This document shows positions 31,224-40,301 of a DNA stretch of 64,000 bases, piece by piece. Every line of letters begins with the position of its first letter. The stretch's first letter is position 1. The DNA is from a virus. The translations under genes and the position numbers were made by a program. The notes beneath the pieces are model-generated. The model had not been told where the DNA came from and made no database searches. It saw only the letters and a program-made list of their open reading frames with translations. The DNA lies in the IMG/VR virus record IMGVR_UViG_3300042291_000666, positions 54,326-118,325 of that record. One strand, written 5' to 3'.

Positions 31224-34200
31224 TGGAGAAAAAGATACAACAAAAAGAAAGTAGAGGATTACCAGGTGGCCCAAATGAGATGTTTACTTATACTACAGGA
31301 GTATTCTCTACAGAAGGATTTAGAATGGATAGCCCAGATGTAAATAATTATCAAAATATTATTCCATCTGGTTCTATTACCATGAAAGAAAGAGATGGTA
31401 GTCCTTTGAGAAAGGGACCAATCCATGGTATAGATAATCTAGGTAATGAGCAAGTTATGTATCCTGGATATAATTATGAATTTCCAGGTACAGAAGTAAC
31501 AGAAACATTGATGGCTAAAATGGGTGGTGCTCTATTAGATAAAACTATTGAGTGCGGTAATTGCGGTTGGGAATGGAAAGCTGCTGATGGTGGTTCTGAT
31601 GTTATGGATTGTCACAAGTGTGGTGGTAAAGGTTTGATAAAAGCTCAACAAGGACAGGAAATAAAACCACCATTAGGTGGAGGTAAATATTATACTACTG
31701 ATAATAAAGTAGTTGACTGGGGAACTGCTGAATATGAAGATGCTTATAATAGAGGTGAAGTATTATCTGATAAAGGTGTACGTTCTGAAGTAACCTTAGA
31801 TGGTGGAAAACTTGATGATGTAGTTATAAAAAATAATTACAAAAGAGGTTTTTGGGGAAAGTATAGAGATAAAATTATAGATGAAAATAAAGATGCAGGA
31901 TTACTAGGAGCTATTGCTGGTGTACCTATTTCAGCTGTAACAAGTCTTCCACAACTTGCAGCAACATATGGTATTACAGGAAAAATGGAAAGACCTTCTG
32001 AAGCAATGGATATAAAAAATCCTTATTTAGCTATGGGAGTTGATGCTGTGGCTGATCCTACAAATTTAGTTGGTGCAGGATTATTATCAAAAACAAGTTT
32101 GATTGCTCCAGAAATAAAACAAGGAATAAAAGTTTTAGGAAATTATGGTAATGATGTAATTCAAACATCAAAAGCAGCTGGAAAAATTAAGTTACCTACA
32201 TATGCAAATGCTTATAGATGGCAAGCTGATGTAGTACCTGAAAGCTTAGTTAATTGGGGTAAAAGTTTAACACCGGAACAACAATCACTAACAGGTTCTT
32301 GGTATACAGAAAATGTTGAGCAATTACCATTTTATATGAGAACAAGACCTGGATCTGGAAATGTTAATGTTTCAAGACTAAGTAATACAAAAATAGATCA
32401 CTTAAGGGAAACAATGTCTGATGCAGCAAAAGGTATGTCTGGTAAAGCAGAAAGTGTGGCTGCATCAAATACCAGTATGCCGGGTGAATTAATTCTTCCT
32501 GAAGCTTCAAGAAGTAATCTTAAAAAATTTAAGTTTGATGTTAACCCTAGTGAATATACCATACCTGATGAAAGTATTAAAAATCCACAATACCGTAATG
32601 CAGTTATAGATGAAAATACTACTGATATAATTAAACCTATGTTGGAAGCACAATATCAACCTATAATGGGTATACCTAGAAAATATTTTCCTTTTGCAGA
32701 AGGGGGTGAAACTATTCCTCCAACACAATATGTAGTTAAGAAAGGGGATACACTTGGTAAGATTGCTGCAGCAAACAATACTTCTATTGCAAGTATTATG
32801 AGAAACAATGAAAACATTGCTGATCCAAATGTAATTAGTGTTAATCAAAAAATTAATCTTGCAACTCAAAGTGCTGACGCACCTAAAGAAGAAGTATATA
32901 GAGATTGGGATACAATAAGAAATAAAAAAGATGAGATAAATAAATTATCTGATGAACAAAAGATCATACGCTATTACAATGACAAACCAGAAGAAAAGTA
33001 TCTTATATTAGATAAGAAGAATGCTGTAATGAAACTCTATACGGGTGGTAATTTTACAAAGTCATATGAGGTTGGTGTTGGTCAAAATCCTGGTGATGCA
33101 CAAACTGTTACTAAAGTTAAAGATGGTAAAACAGATTGGACAGGTGGAAACAAATCTACTGGTGCAGGTATTTATACTATATCAAATATTGATCCTGCTA
33201 GTAAAGAATATTATGGTTTGCCTGCATTTAATTTAAAAAATGAAAATGGTATTGAAGTAGCAACAACAATACATGGTACTCCAACATCTAGAAGAAGTAA
33301 GTTTAGTAATGGTACTGTTGTAGATAACAGAATGAGTAATGGTTGTATTAATGGTAAGTGTGAAGATCTTAAAGATTTATATAATGAATTAGAGATGGAT
33401 GCAAAAGTTTATATTCTGCCTGAAGACACCGGAAATAATTTTCAAATCATAGATGGTAAACCTGCATTAAAAGTATCTGCTCAAAACAGACAAAAATATA
33501 ATAGTTATGTTGATCAAAAAGGTGTTACACAAAAAGGTCAAGGTGCAAATCAAACAACTAAAACATTAGTATATAAACCAATTAAAGCATTCATTAATGA
33601 AAAAAAATTCAAAGAAGATGTATTTCAATGGAATGACTTTAATGATGAAAAAGAATATACTAATACTACAAAACCATTTATTGTTGGTTTAACTACAAAT
33701 AAAAAAGATGTCATGAAAGCTGCAAAGATTTCATCTGATGTTTATAATGAATTAGCTAAAATGGCTTTTGGTATATATGGAACTGAAAGTAATTTTGGAG
33801 ATGAGCACGTAGCTTTTGGAAATTTATTAAGAGCAGGTAATAAGTTTTTAGATCCTGAATCATCAAGTAGTCCTGATGTTAAATCAAAAGCAAGTACTTA
33901 TGGAGCTGATGAAAATTATAGAAGCGTTGGATATACTCAATTAAGATGGAACTATCTTAATAAAGATGAGAAGGCTGCATTAAAAGAAGTAGGTATTACA
34001 TCTAATAAAGATTTTCTTGATCCTAAAAAAGCAGCTATAGGTACAGTTACTGTATTAGGTATTAGATATAATCAACAACTTACTGATAAACAAAAACAAG
34101 AAGTTTGGAAATACTTACCTTCTAAGTGGAATAACCGTGCTAACTACGGTAGCCGTGTTAAAAGCAATTCATCTTATTTATCATTTAAACAATTAGATAA

Positions 34201-35434
34201 AAAACAGGAAGGTGGTGAATATATTCTAGAAGCTCAGAAAGGAAAAGAAACTGAAGACACTTCATGGACAGCATACTTAAATCCAGCAAACTGGGGTACA
34301 TCTAGATATGATGATGCAGGTACATTTAAAGAAGCCTTTAGAGCAGCACGTGTTGAAGGTGATTCTGATTTCCTATGGAAGGGTGATAGATATTCTACTG
34401 AATTAAAAAAGAATACAGCACCAGCTAAACCAAAAGGAATAACTCCAGAAATTTTAATAAGACAAGCATATAGAGAATCTGCATTTAATCCTAAAGCTGT
34501 TTCTCCAGCTGGTTATAAAGGTTTAGGACAAATTGGAGATGATGTAATTAAAGATTACAAAAAAGCAAATAACATTGCAGGTAATGTTGATCCTTTTAAC
34601 ATGAAACAAAATTCTGAGGTTCAAAAGTATTCAATGAATGAATTGTATAATTCAAGTTTTATTAATAAACCAGGACAATCAGAACAAGTAAGATTAGCAA
34701 AAACATTAGCTGCATATAATTGGGGTAGAACTAATGTTAGTAATTTACTAAATGATTTAAAAGAAGATGGTGTTGACATTTATAATAGTTTAGACTGGAT
34801 TAGTAAATTACCAGATGAACCAAAAAAATATATAAATGATATATTATTACAAAAAAACACTACCTTTAACACTGATTTTTCTAAGGCATTAGGTAATCAA
34901 AAAAATATGCCAATAAAAAGATTATATGGTTTTAGAGATGGTGGTGAATCAAAACCAGGTCCATTAATGATAGCATATAATAGATTGCCAGCAGAAAAGA
35001 AAATGGGTGGTGCTATAGATTACAAACAAGTTGGTGGTGAAAAGAAATATTCAGAACAAGATGGTAGATTGGTTGTAACTACAAAAAAAGTTGATACAGC
35101 AGATGGGCCAAGATACTATCAAGCTAAATCACCTGATTATAATTTTTCAAGAGAATTAGTAGATACAAGATCAAGAACAAGGGTTGCTGATTCAATACCA
35201 AAAGCCAATTTAGATCCACGTATAATTGAATCTTTAAATAAAAAACAATTTGGTGGTCAATTAAATTCTACTAATATTACTATGTATAAAGATTATATAA
35301 AAGGTAATATTGGTAATGAAGAACAAGCAGTAAAAAACTATGATAAATTAAATAGGATTTACTATAATAAAGCAAAAGAGTTAGGAATGACTGCTGCAAA
35401 TTACATAATGACGTATGTTGTAGACAATTCTTAA
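31223..35434 (+). CDS. Multidomain cargo protein: Zn-ribbon, ART-like, LysM, YkuD L,D-transpeptidase and two lysozyme/SLT-like domains
   Basis: CGNC..CHKC. LysM: YVVKKGDTLGKIA...IADPNVISVNQKINL. YkuD: IHGT...SNGCIN. Lysozyme-like: GTESNFG...SVGYTQL. SLT: RESAFNPKAVSPAGYKGLGQI...LAAYNWG. Confidence 0.8.
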   Translation: MEKKIQQKESRGLPGGPNEMFTYTTGVFSTEGFRMDSPDVNNYQNIIPSGSITMKERDGSPLRKGPIHGIDNLGNEQVMYPGYNYEFPGTEVTETLMAKMGGALLDKTIECGNCGWEWKAADGGSDVMDCHKCGGKGLIKAQQGQEIKPPLGGGKYYTTDNKVVDWGTAEYEDAYNRGEVLSDKGVRSEVTLDGGKLDDVVIKNNYKRGFWGKYRDKIIDENKDAGLLGAIAGVPISAVTSLPQLAATYGITGKMERPSEAMDIKNPYLAMGVDAVADPTNLVGAGLLSKTSLIAPEIKQGIKVLGNYGNDVIQTSKAAGKIKLPTYANAYRWQADVVPESLVNWGKSLTPEQQSLTGSWYTENVEQLPFYMRTRPGSGNVNVSRLSNTKIDHLRETMSDAAKGMSGKAESVAASNTSMPGELILPEASRSNLKKFKFDVNPSEYTIPDESIKNPQYRNAVIDENTTDIIKPMLEAQYQPIMGIPRKYFPFAEGGETIPPTQYVVKKGDTLGKIAAANNTSIASIMRNNENIADPNVISVNQKINLATQSADAPKEEVYRDWDTIRNKKDEINKLSDEQKIIRYYNDKPEEKYLILDKKNAVMKLYTGGNFTKSYEVGVGQNPGDAQTVTKVKDGKTDWTGGNKSTGAGIYTISNIDPASKEYYGLPAFNLKNENGIEVATTIHGTPTSRRSKFSNGTVVDNRMSNGCINGKCEDLKDLYNELEMDAKVYILPEDTGNNFQIIDGKPALKVSAQNRQKYNSYVDQKGVTQKGQGANQTTKTLVYKPIKAFINEKKFKEDVFQWNDFNDEKEYTNTTKPFIVGLTTNKKDVMKAAKISSDVYNELAKMAFGIYGTESNFGDEHVAFGNLLRAGNKFLDPESSSSPDVKSKASTYGADENYRSVGYTQLRWNYLNKDEKAALKEVGITSNKDFLDPKKAAIGTVTVLGIRYNQQLTDKQKQEVWKYLPSKWNNRANYGSRVKSNSSYLSFKQLDKKQEGGEYILEAQKGKETEDTSWTAYLNPANWGTSRYDDAGTFKEAFRAARVEGDSDFLWKGDRYSTELKKNTAPAKPKGITPEILIRQAYRESAFNPKAVSPAGYKGLGQIGDDVIKDYKKANNIAGNVDPFNMKQNSEVQKYSMNELYNSSFINKPGQSEQVRLAKTLAAYNWGRTNVSNLLNDLKEDGVDIYNSLDWISKLPDEPKKYINDILLQKNTTFNTDFSKALGNQKNMPIKRLYGFRDGGESKPGPLMIAYNRLPAEKKMGGAIDYKQVGGEKKYSEQDGRLVVTTKKVDTADGPRYYQAKSPDYNFSRELVDTRSRTRVADSIPKANLDPRIIESLNKKQFGGQLNSTNITMYKDYIKGNIGNEEQAVKNYDKLNRIYYNKAKELGMTAANYIMTYVVDNS

Positions 35435-35448
35435 ACCTTAAAAATTAG

Positions 35449-35477
35449 TAAATCTATAGATTTATTTGTATATTAAT
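35449..35477 (+). promoter_or_regulatory. 16-bp palindrome abutting a putative promoter
   Basis: TAAATCTATAGATTTA (35449-64) is a perfect palindrome, immediately followed by TTTGTATATTAAT (35465-77). Confidence 0.55.
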
Positions 35478-35494
35478 AATATAATCTAGACAAC

Positions 35495-37663
35495 GTGAAA
35501 GTAAACAAAATAAGTTTAAAGCAACAAGGAGGGGAGAATACTGAACAAGTTGAGGCACAGCCACAACAACAATCAGTAGATCCTGCTATACAACAAATTT
35601 CAGATTTTATTTCTCAAGCAATAAGTCAAGGACAAAATCCTGCTGAAGTTGTTATGTCTTTGGTTGAACAACAAGTTGACCAACAAACTATTGGTCAAGC
35701 TTTGATGATGAATGGTTTTGAAGAAAATGATATCATGTCTTTGTTTGAACAAATGAGTCAAGGTCAACAACCAGAAGAACAAGTTGGTGGTGAACCAATG
35801 CCTGCTGATCAATTAGATCAAACCTCACAACAATTAACTGAAGATGAGAGCATGCATTTTGATGATATGTCAGAAGAAGAAACACAAGAACCAGGGATGT
35901 CTATGGGTAAATCAGGTATAGAAATTAAACCTGAGAATGAAGGTAAGTTTACTAGATGGGCTGAAGCACGCGGTATGTCCGTACAAGAAGCTGCAAGTAG
36001 AGTTATGTCTAATACAGATGAATATCCTCCAGCTGTAGTTAAGATGGCTAACTTTGCTAAAAATGCTGCTGGTTGGAACAAAGAATATGGTGGTGAAAAT
36101 TATCAAATGGGTGGTGTTCCTCAAGGTAAAGTAGCATCAGTTGATAATGTTAATGCTAGAAATAAAGATATGAATTGGCAAAGAGCCCCTTTATATTTTA
36201 ACCCAATGGAACTTGAATATAGCAATGACAACTTTAGTTTAGGTAAAGCTGCGGCTGTTGCTTATGGTGGTTATAAAGAATTTTTAAGTGGTGATGATAA
36301 AAATAAAGATGGTATCAAAGATGGATTCTTTAGAGATGGTGCTAAAAAATCTGCAATAAGGGATGCATCTAAAGGTAATTATTATAATTATGAAATTACT
36401 AAAGATGTTAATGATCCAAATACATATAAGGCGGATAATCTTGATTTATTTAATGCTTCAAAAAATAAAGGTAATTTAAGAACATCTGAGCAATTTGATA
36501 AAGATGTAATGGATTATTCTAGATTTAATTATAATGTAGATACAAATGGTTATGATGGTATTAAAAGCAGCAGACCAATAGATGAAAGAATTTATAATTC
36601 AGCAGGTAACAAAAATGCTTTAGCTGGTAAGGACTTTAATTATTTTAAAGAGTTTCTTGGAGATAAAGATACTAGAGAAATGCTATTAGGTACTCAAGAT
36701 GATCCTGAAGCTGGTCTATTAAGTATAGATCAATATGGTCAAGATTCATCTGTTAGACCAGGTAGTCCTAATCCTTATGAATATAATACCTATATGGGTA
36801 TTAATAAACGTGGTGTTAATCAAAATGCAATGATACCTACTGGAAGCAATGGTCAACCTGCTCCTAGTATGTTTAATATTCAACCAGCACCAGTATCAAT
36901 GATGAATGCAATTCCATCTAATACTTCAACAGATACTCCACAAAAATCATTTCAACAATGGTATGCATCTGGAGATGCTGTAAGAAATCAAGGTAAAAAT
37001 CAAGAACAATTAAAATCTGAGTATGACGCTTATCTTAAACAAGGATTTAAATATGGTGGTGACTTAGATAAAGCTCAATTTGGAATCCCTCAAGGTTTTG
37101 ATTTTAGTTCTCTTACTAATTTTGATGATCCTTTTGGTATGAATGATCCAAGGTTTGGACAGACTGCTAATTATGCTGATACAGCGGGTTATAATCAACA
37201 ACAAACTTTAGCTGCAAATAATCCAGCAACTAATACTACAGCAGGACCAACTGCACCAACAACACCTACATTTGGGCCACCAAAAGTAGAAAGGACTAAT
37301 AAACTTGAAGGTGGATTAAATAGATTTATGGATAGCCCTGGTGTACAAGGTTATGCAAAAGTTTCTGACTTTGCTGTTAAAGCAGCTAATGTTGCTAATG
37401 ATTGGTTTAGAGATCAAACAGTTAATCAAGCAAGAGAAGATAACTTTAATAAACTTGGTGCTGATTATCAATACGCTACTGCAGAAGATCCTTTTAATAA
37501 AAGAGGAATGTGGGATGTTAATACCGGAACAGCTGGTAGTGAAGGAGATAGAACGGTTGGTTTATACATGAGCAAATATGGTGGTGAAAACAATACTGTA
37601 AATGTTGATTCAAATTTATTAGCAAAATTAATTGCAGCGGGAGCTGACATTGAAATATTATAA
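35495..37663 (+). CDS. Cargo (internal virion/ejection) protein
   Basis: 722 aa, GTG start, Gln-rich low complexity. Contains the IEIKPENEGKFT...KMANFAKNAAGW mini-domain and repeated xxxGG motifs. Confidence 0.65.
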   Translation: MKVNKISLKQQGGENTEQVEAQPQQQSVDPAIQQISDFISQAISQGQNPAEVVMSLVEQQVDQQTIGQALMMNGFEENDIMSLFEQMSQGQQPEEQVGGEPMPADQLDQTSQQLTEDESMHFDDMSEEETQEPGMSMGKSGIEIKPENEGKFTRWAEARGMSVQEAASRVMSNTDEYPPAVVKMANFAKNAAGWNKEYGGENYQMGGVPQGKVASVDNVNARNKDMNWQRAPLYFNPMELEYSNDNFSLGKAAAVAYGGYKEFLSGDDKNKDGIKDGFFRDGAKKSAIRDASKGNYYNYEITKDVNDPNTYKADNLDLFNASKNKGNLRTSEQFDKDVMDYSRFNYNVDTNGYDGIKSSRPIDERIYNSAGNKNALAGKDFNYFKEFLGDKDTREMLLGTQDDPEAGLLSIDQYGQDSSVRPGSPNPYEYNTYMGINKRGVNQNAMIPTGSNGQPAPSMFNIQPAPVSMMNAIPSNTSTDTPQKSFQQWYASGDAVRNQGKNQEQLKSEYDAYLKQGFKYGGDLDKAQFGIPQGFDFSSLTNFDDPFGMNDPRFGQTANYADTAGYNQQQTLAANNPATNTTAGPTAPTTPTFGPPKVERTNKLEGGLNRFMDSPGVQGYAKVSDFAVKAANVANDWFRDQTVNQAREDNFNKLGADYQYATAEDPFNKRGMWDVNTGTAGSEGDRTVGLYMSKYGGENNTVNVDSNLLAKLIAAGADIEIL

Positions 37664-37665
37664 CT

Positions 37666-40242
37666 ATGGCAAAAATTAAAATAAATAGTTTACCTGCTGG
37701 CTTTAAATTAGTTAATGGTAAAATAGAAGAAGATCAAATGATGAAAGAAGGTGGCTATGTAACTGGTGATCAAGCCGGCTATGGATTAGTTACCCTACCA
37801 CAGGAGTATTATAATAATGCTAATATGAATACTACCAGAGATGAATCTGTAAGATATAGTTTATCTGGCGTACCTAGGGACAAAGCAAACATTGAAGCTG
37901 AAGGTGGTGAAACTGTGTTAACTGATTTAAACAATGACAATCAATTTGGTCTATATAATATAACTGGACCAAGACACTCTAAAGGTGGTGTGCCAATGTT
38001 TTTACCAGAACAATCTTTTATTTATTCTGATACAGATAAAATGAGATTTAATCAAGAAGAATTAGCTGAGTATGGTATTGAAACTAAATTAAAAATGACT
38101 CCTGCTCAAGTATCTAAAAGATATGATCTTAATAAGTACTATGGTACTATGAAAGATCAATTTGCAGATGAGATAACAGCGCGTAGTTCTGAACTTATGT
38201 TAAAGAAAAACATGATGGGCTTATCTAAATTAGCATTTGGTCAAGAACTTAAAAAGAAATTTGAAGATGGTGTGCCTTTAGCGGCTCATCCATATTTAGT
38301 TTCTATTGGAGAAGATCCAATTGAGTTTACTGCTAAAGTAGAAAACATTACTAAAAAGCAAGCTCAGATGAAAGCATTTGCTGCTTTACCTCCTGATCAA
38401 CAACAACAGTTATTACAATTGCAAGAAATGATGGCTCAAGTTGATGAACAAGAAGGTCAACAAGAAGAACAATCTTTTGAAGATCCATCAATGCAAGATC
38501 CTGGAATGCAAGAACAACAATTGGCTATGGCTGATGAAGATGTTATGGCTATGGGTATGCCTGAAGATGATATGTCTGAAGATGGTATGGCAAGATATGG
38601 TATGGAAATGGGAATGTATCAAGATGGTAAAGAAACACCTGTTAATCCTCTTCCTAAAGATCATCCAAAATATGCAGAAGCACAAAAATTAATTGATTCT
38701 GGTAAATATAAAGTTGTTAAAGGTGATGTTGTAAATGGTACTCAAATGTATAAGTTTGAATTACTTGAACCTGTTGATCCAAAATTTGAAGCAGAAAGAA
38801 AAGCTCAATTAGATAAGCAAATTGTTACTGCTCAAGATCAAAAAGGTACAGGTTCTGTATCTATATATGATGAAAATCTTACTCAACAAGGAAAAGCAAT
38901 CCAAGAAAATAAATTGGGTGCTTATAAATATGGTATATTATCAAATAAAAATAGACCTACATTACAAAATAAAGCAGGTGATAAAGCGTATGGTTCAGCA
39001 GATATTTCAAAACCAGAAGCAAAAGCGGATTTTTATGATAGATGGGGTGATGTTATAGAAAAAATACCTGGGTTTGATTATGATAAACCTACAATGGTGG
39101 ATGCTAACGGTAAGGCAATAGCAGATCCACAATGGACTCAGTTTCAAAAATTAGCTGAAGAAACAAGAAGAAAAGAACATATTGCTGCATTTGGTAATGA
39201 TAAAGATTATATACCTTATTTTAGAAGTGATACAAAAGCTAAAGATTATAAACCAGGTTCAGCTTTTGATGGTAAAATAGGATTGCATACATATAACACT
39301 CCGCGTTTTAAACTTGCTCCTGTAGAACCCGTTACAACTTTTGGTGTTAAAGTACCAGATCCAGAAAGACCTGATATAGAAATTCCTCCGGTTAAAGAAT
39401 ATAAAAGACCTCCAGCAGAATGGTGGAGACAAGATAAAAATAACCTAAGAACGTTGGGTTTAATTGAAGATAACTTATATTTGCCATGGGCACCAGATGC
39501 TGCCCCAGCTAAAATAGATTATGTATTAGATGATTGGAGAAGTAATGCTAATGCAAATTTAGCAGCTGCAAACACTATGGCTGGAGCATTAGGTGCTGCC
39601 GGTGGACCACAGGCTGTAGCTAATTCAAATATTCAAGGTACTGCTTTGCAAGGTATTGCTGAAGGAATCAATAGAGTTAATAGTAATAATGTTGGTATTA
39701 TGAATCAGGTTGCACCAATGCAAGCGCAATTGAATATGCAGACTGATGCAATTAATCAGGGTAGAAATATTAAGGTTTATGATGATACTCAAAAAACATT
39801 ACAAAATGCGGATAACTTTCAGAATTGGAAGATTGCTAAACAAAATGAATTGTTTAATACTGCACTTACTAATAGAGCTAATACATATAACTTAAATTCA
39901 ACATATGATTACTTTGGTATTAGTCCAGAAGATGCTGGAGCTATTGAGTTTACAAATAGTAAAGCTTTGAGAAAAGTTGGAAAAAGCGCAGACCCAATGA
40001 AAAACTTTTATGATCAAGTTGCTGACTATCATAAAGAAACCGGTAAGCCAATGCCTGACGCCCTTATCAAAGCATTATATCCAGGTCAAACAGCAAGTGC
40101 AGATCCTGATATAACTAATGTACAAGCAGAGTGGGCAAAAAAAGGTCTTCCACCACAATATGTACAACCTCAAATGGGTAGATCAGGAAAAGAAATAAAA
40201 AGAATGGTAGTACCATTTTACACAGGAAAGATGGGAACATAA
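37666..40242 (+). CDS. Cargo (internal virion/ejection) protein
   Basis: 858 aa with an NIEAEGGETV...GPRHSKGGVP...FIYSD module and an Asn/Ala/Gln-rich helical C-half. Confidence 0.65.
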   Translation: MAKIKINSLPAGFKLVNGKIEEDQMMKEGGYVTGDQAGYGLVTLPQEYYNNANMNTTRDESVRYSLSGVPRDKANIEAEGGETVLTDLNNDNQFGLYNITGPRHSKGGVPMFLPEQSFIYSDTDKMRFNQEELAEYGIETKLKMTPAQVSKRYDLNKYYGTMKDQFADEITARSSELMLKKNMMGLSKLAFGQELKKKFEDGVPLAAHPYLVSIGEDPIEFTAKVENITKKQAQMKAFAALPPDQQQQLLQLQEMMAQVDEQEGQQEEQSFEDPSMQDPGMQEQQLAMADEDVMAMGMPEDDMSEDGMARYGMEMGMYQDGKETPVNPLPKDHPKYAEAQKLIDSGKYKVVKGDVVNGTQMYKFELLEPVDPKFEAERKAQLDKQIVTAQDQKGTGSVSIYDENLTQQGKAIQENKLGAYKYGILSNKNRPTLQNKAGDKAYGSADISKPEAKADFYDRWGDVIEKIPGFDYDKPTMVDANGKAIADPQWTQFQKLAEETRRKEHIAAFGNDKDYIPYFRSDTKAKDYKPGSAFDGKIGLHTYNTPRFKLAPVEPVTTFGVKVPDPERPDIEIPPVKEYKRPPAEWWRQDKNNLRTLGLIEDNLYLPWAPDAAPAKIDYVLDDWRSNANANLAAANTMAGALGAAGGPQAVANSNIQGTALQGIAEGINRVNSNNVGIMNQVAPMQAQLNMQTDAINQGRNIKVYDDTQKTLQNADNFQNWKIAKQNELFNTALTNRANTYNLNSTYDYFGISPEDAGAIEFTNSKALRKVGKSADPMKNFYDQVADYHKETGKPMPDALIKALYPGQTASADPDITNVQAEWAKKGLPPQYVQPQMGRSGKEIKRMVVPFYTGKMGT

Positions 40243-40301
40243 ACTTTAAAAGTTTTATGATTTATCTTGTTAAACTTAATAAATTTTAGTAATTTACAAT
40301 T

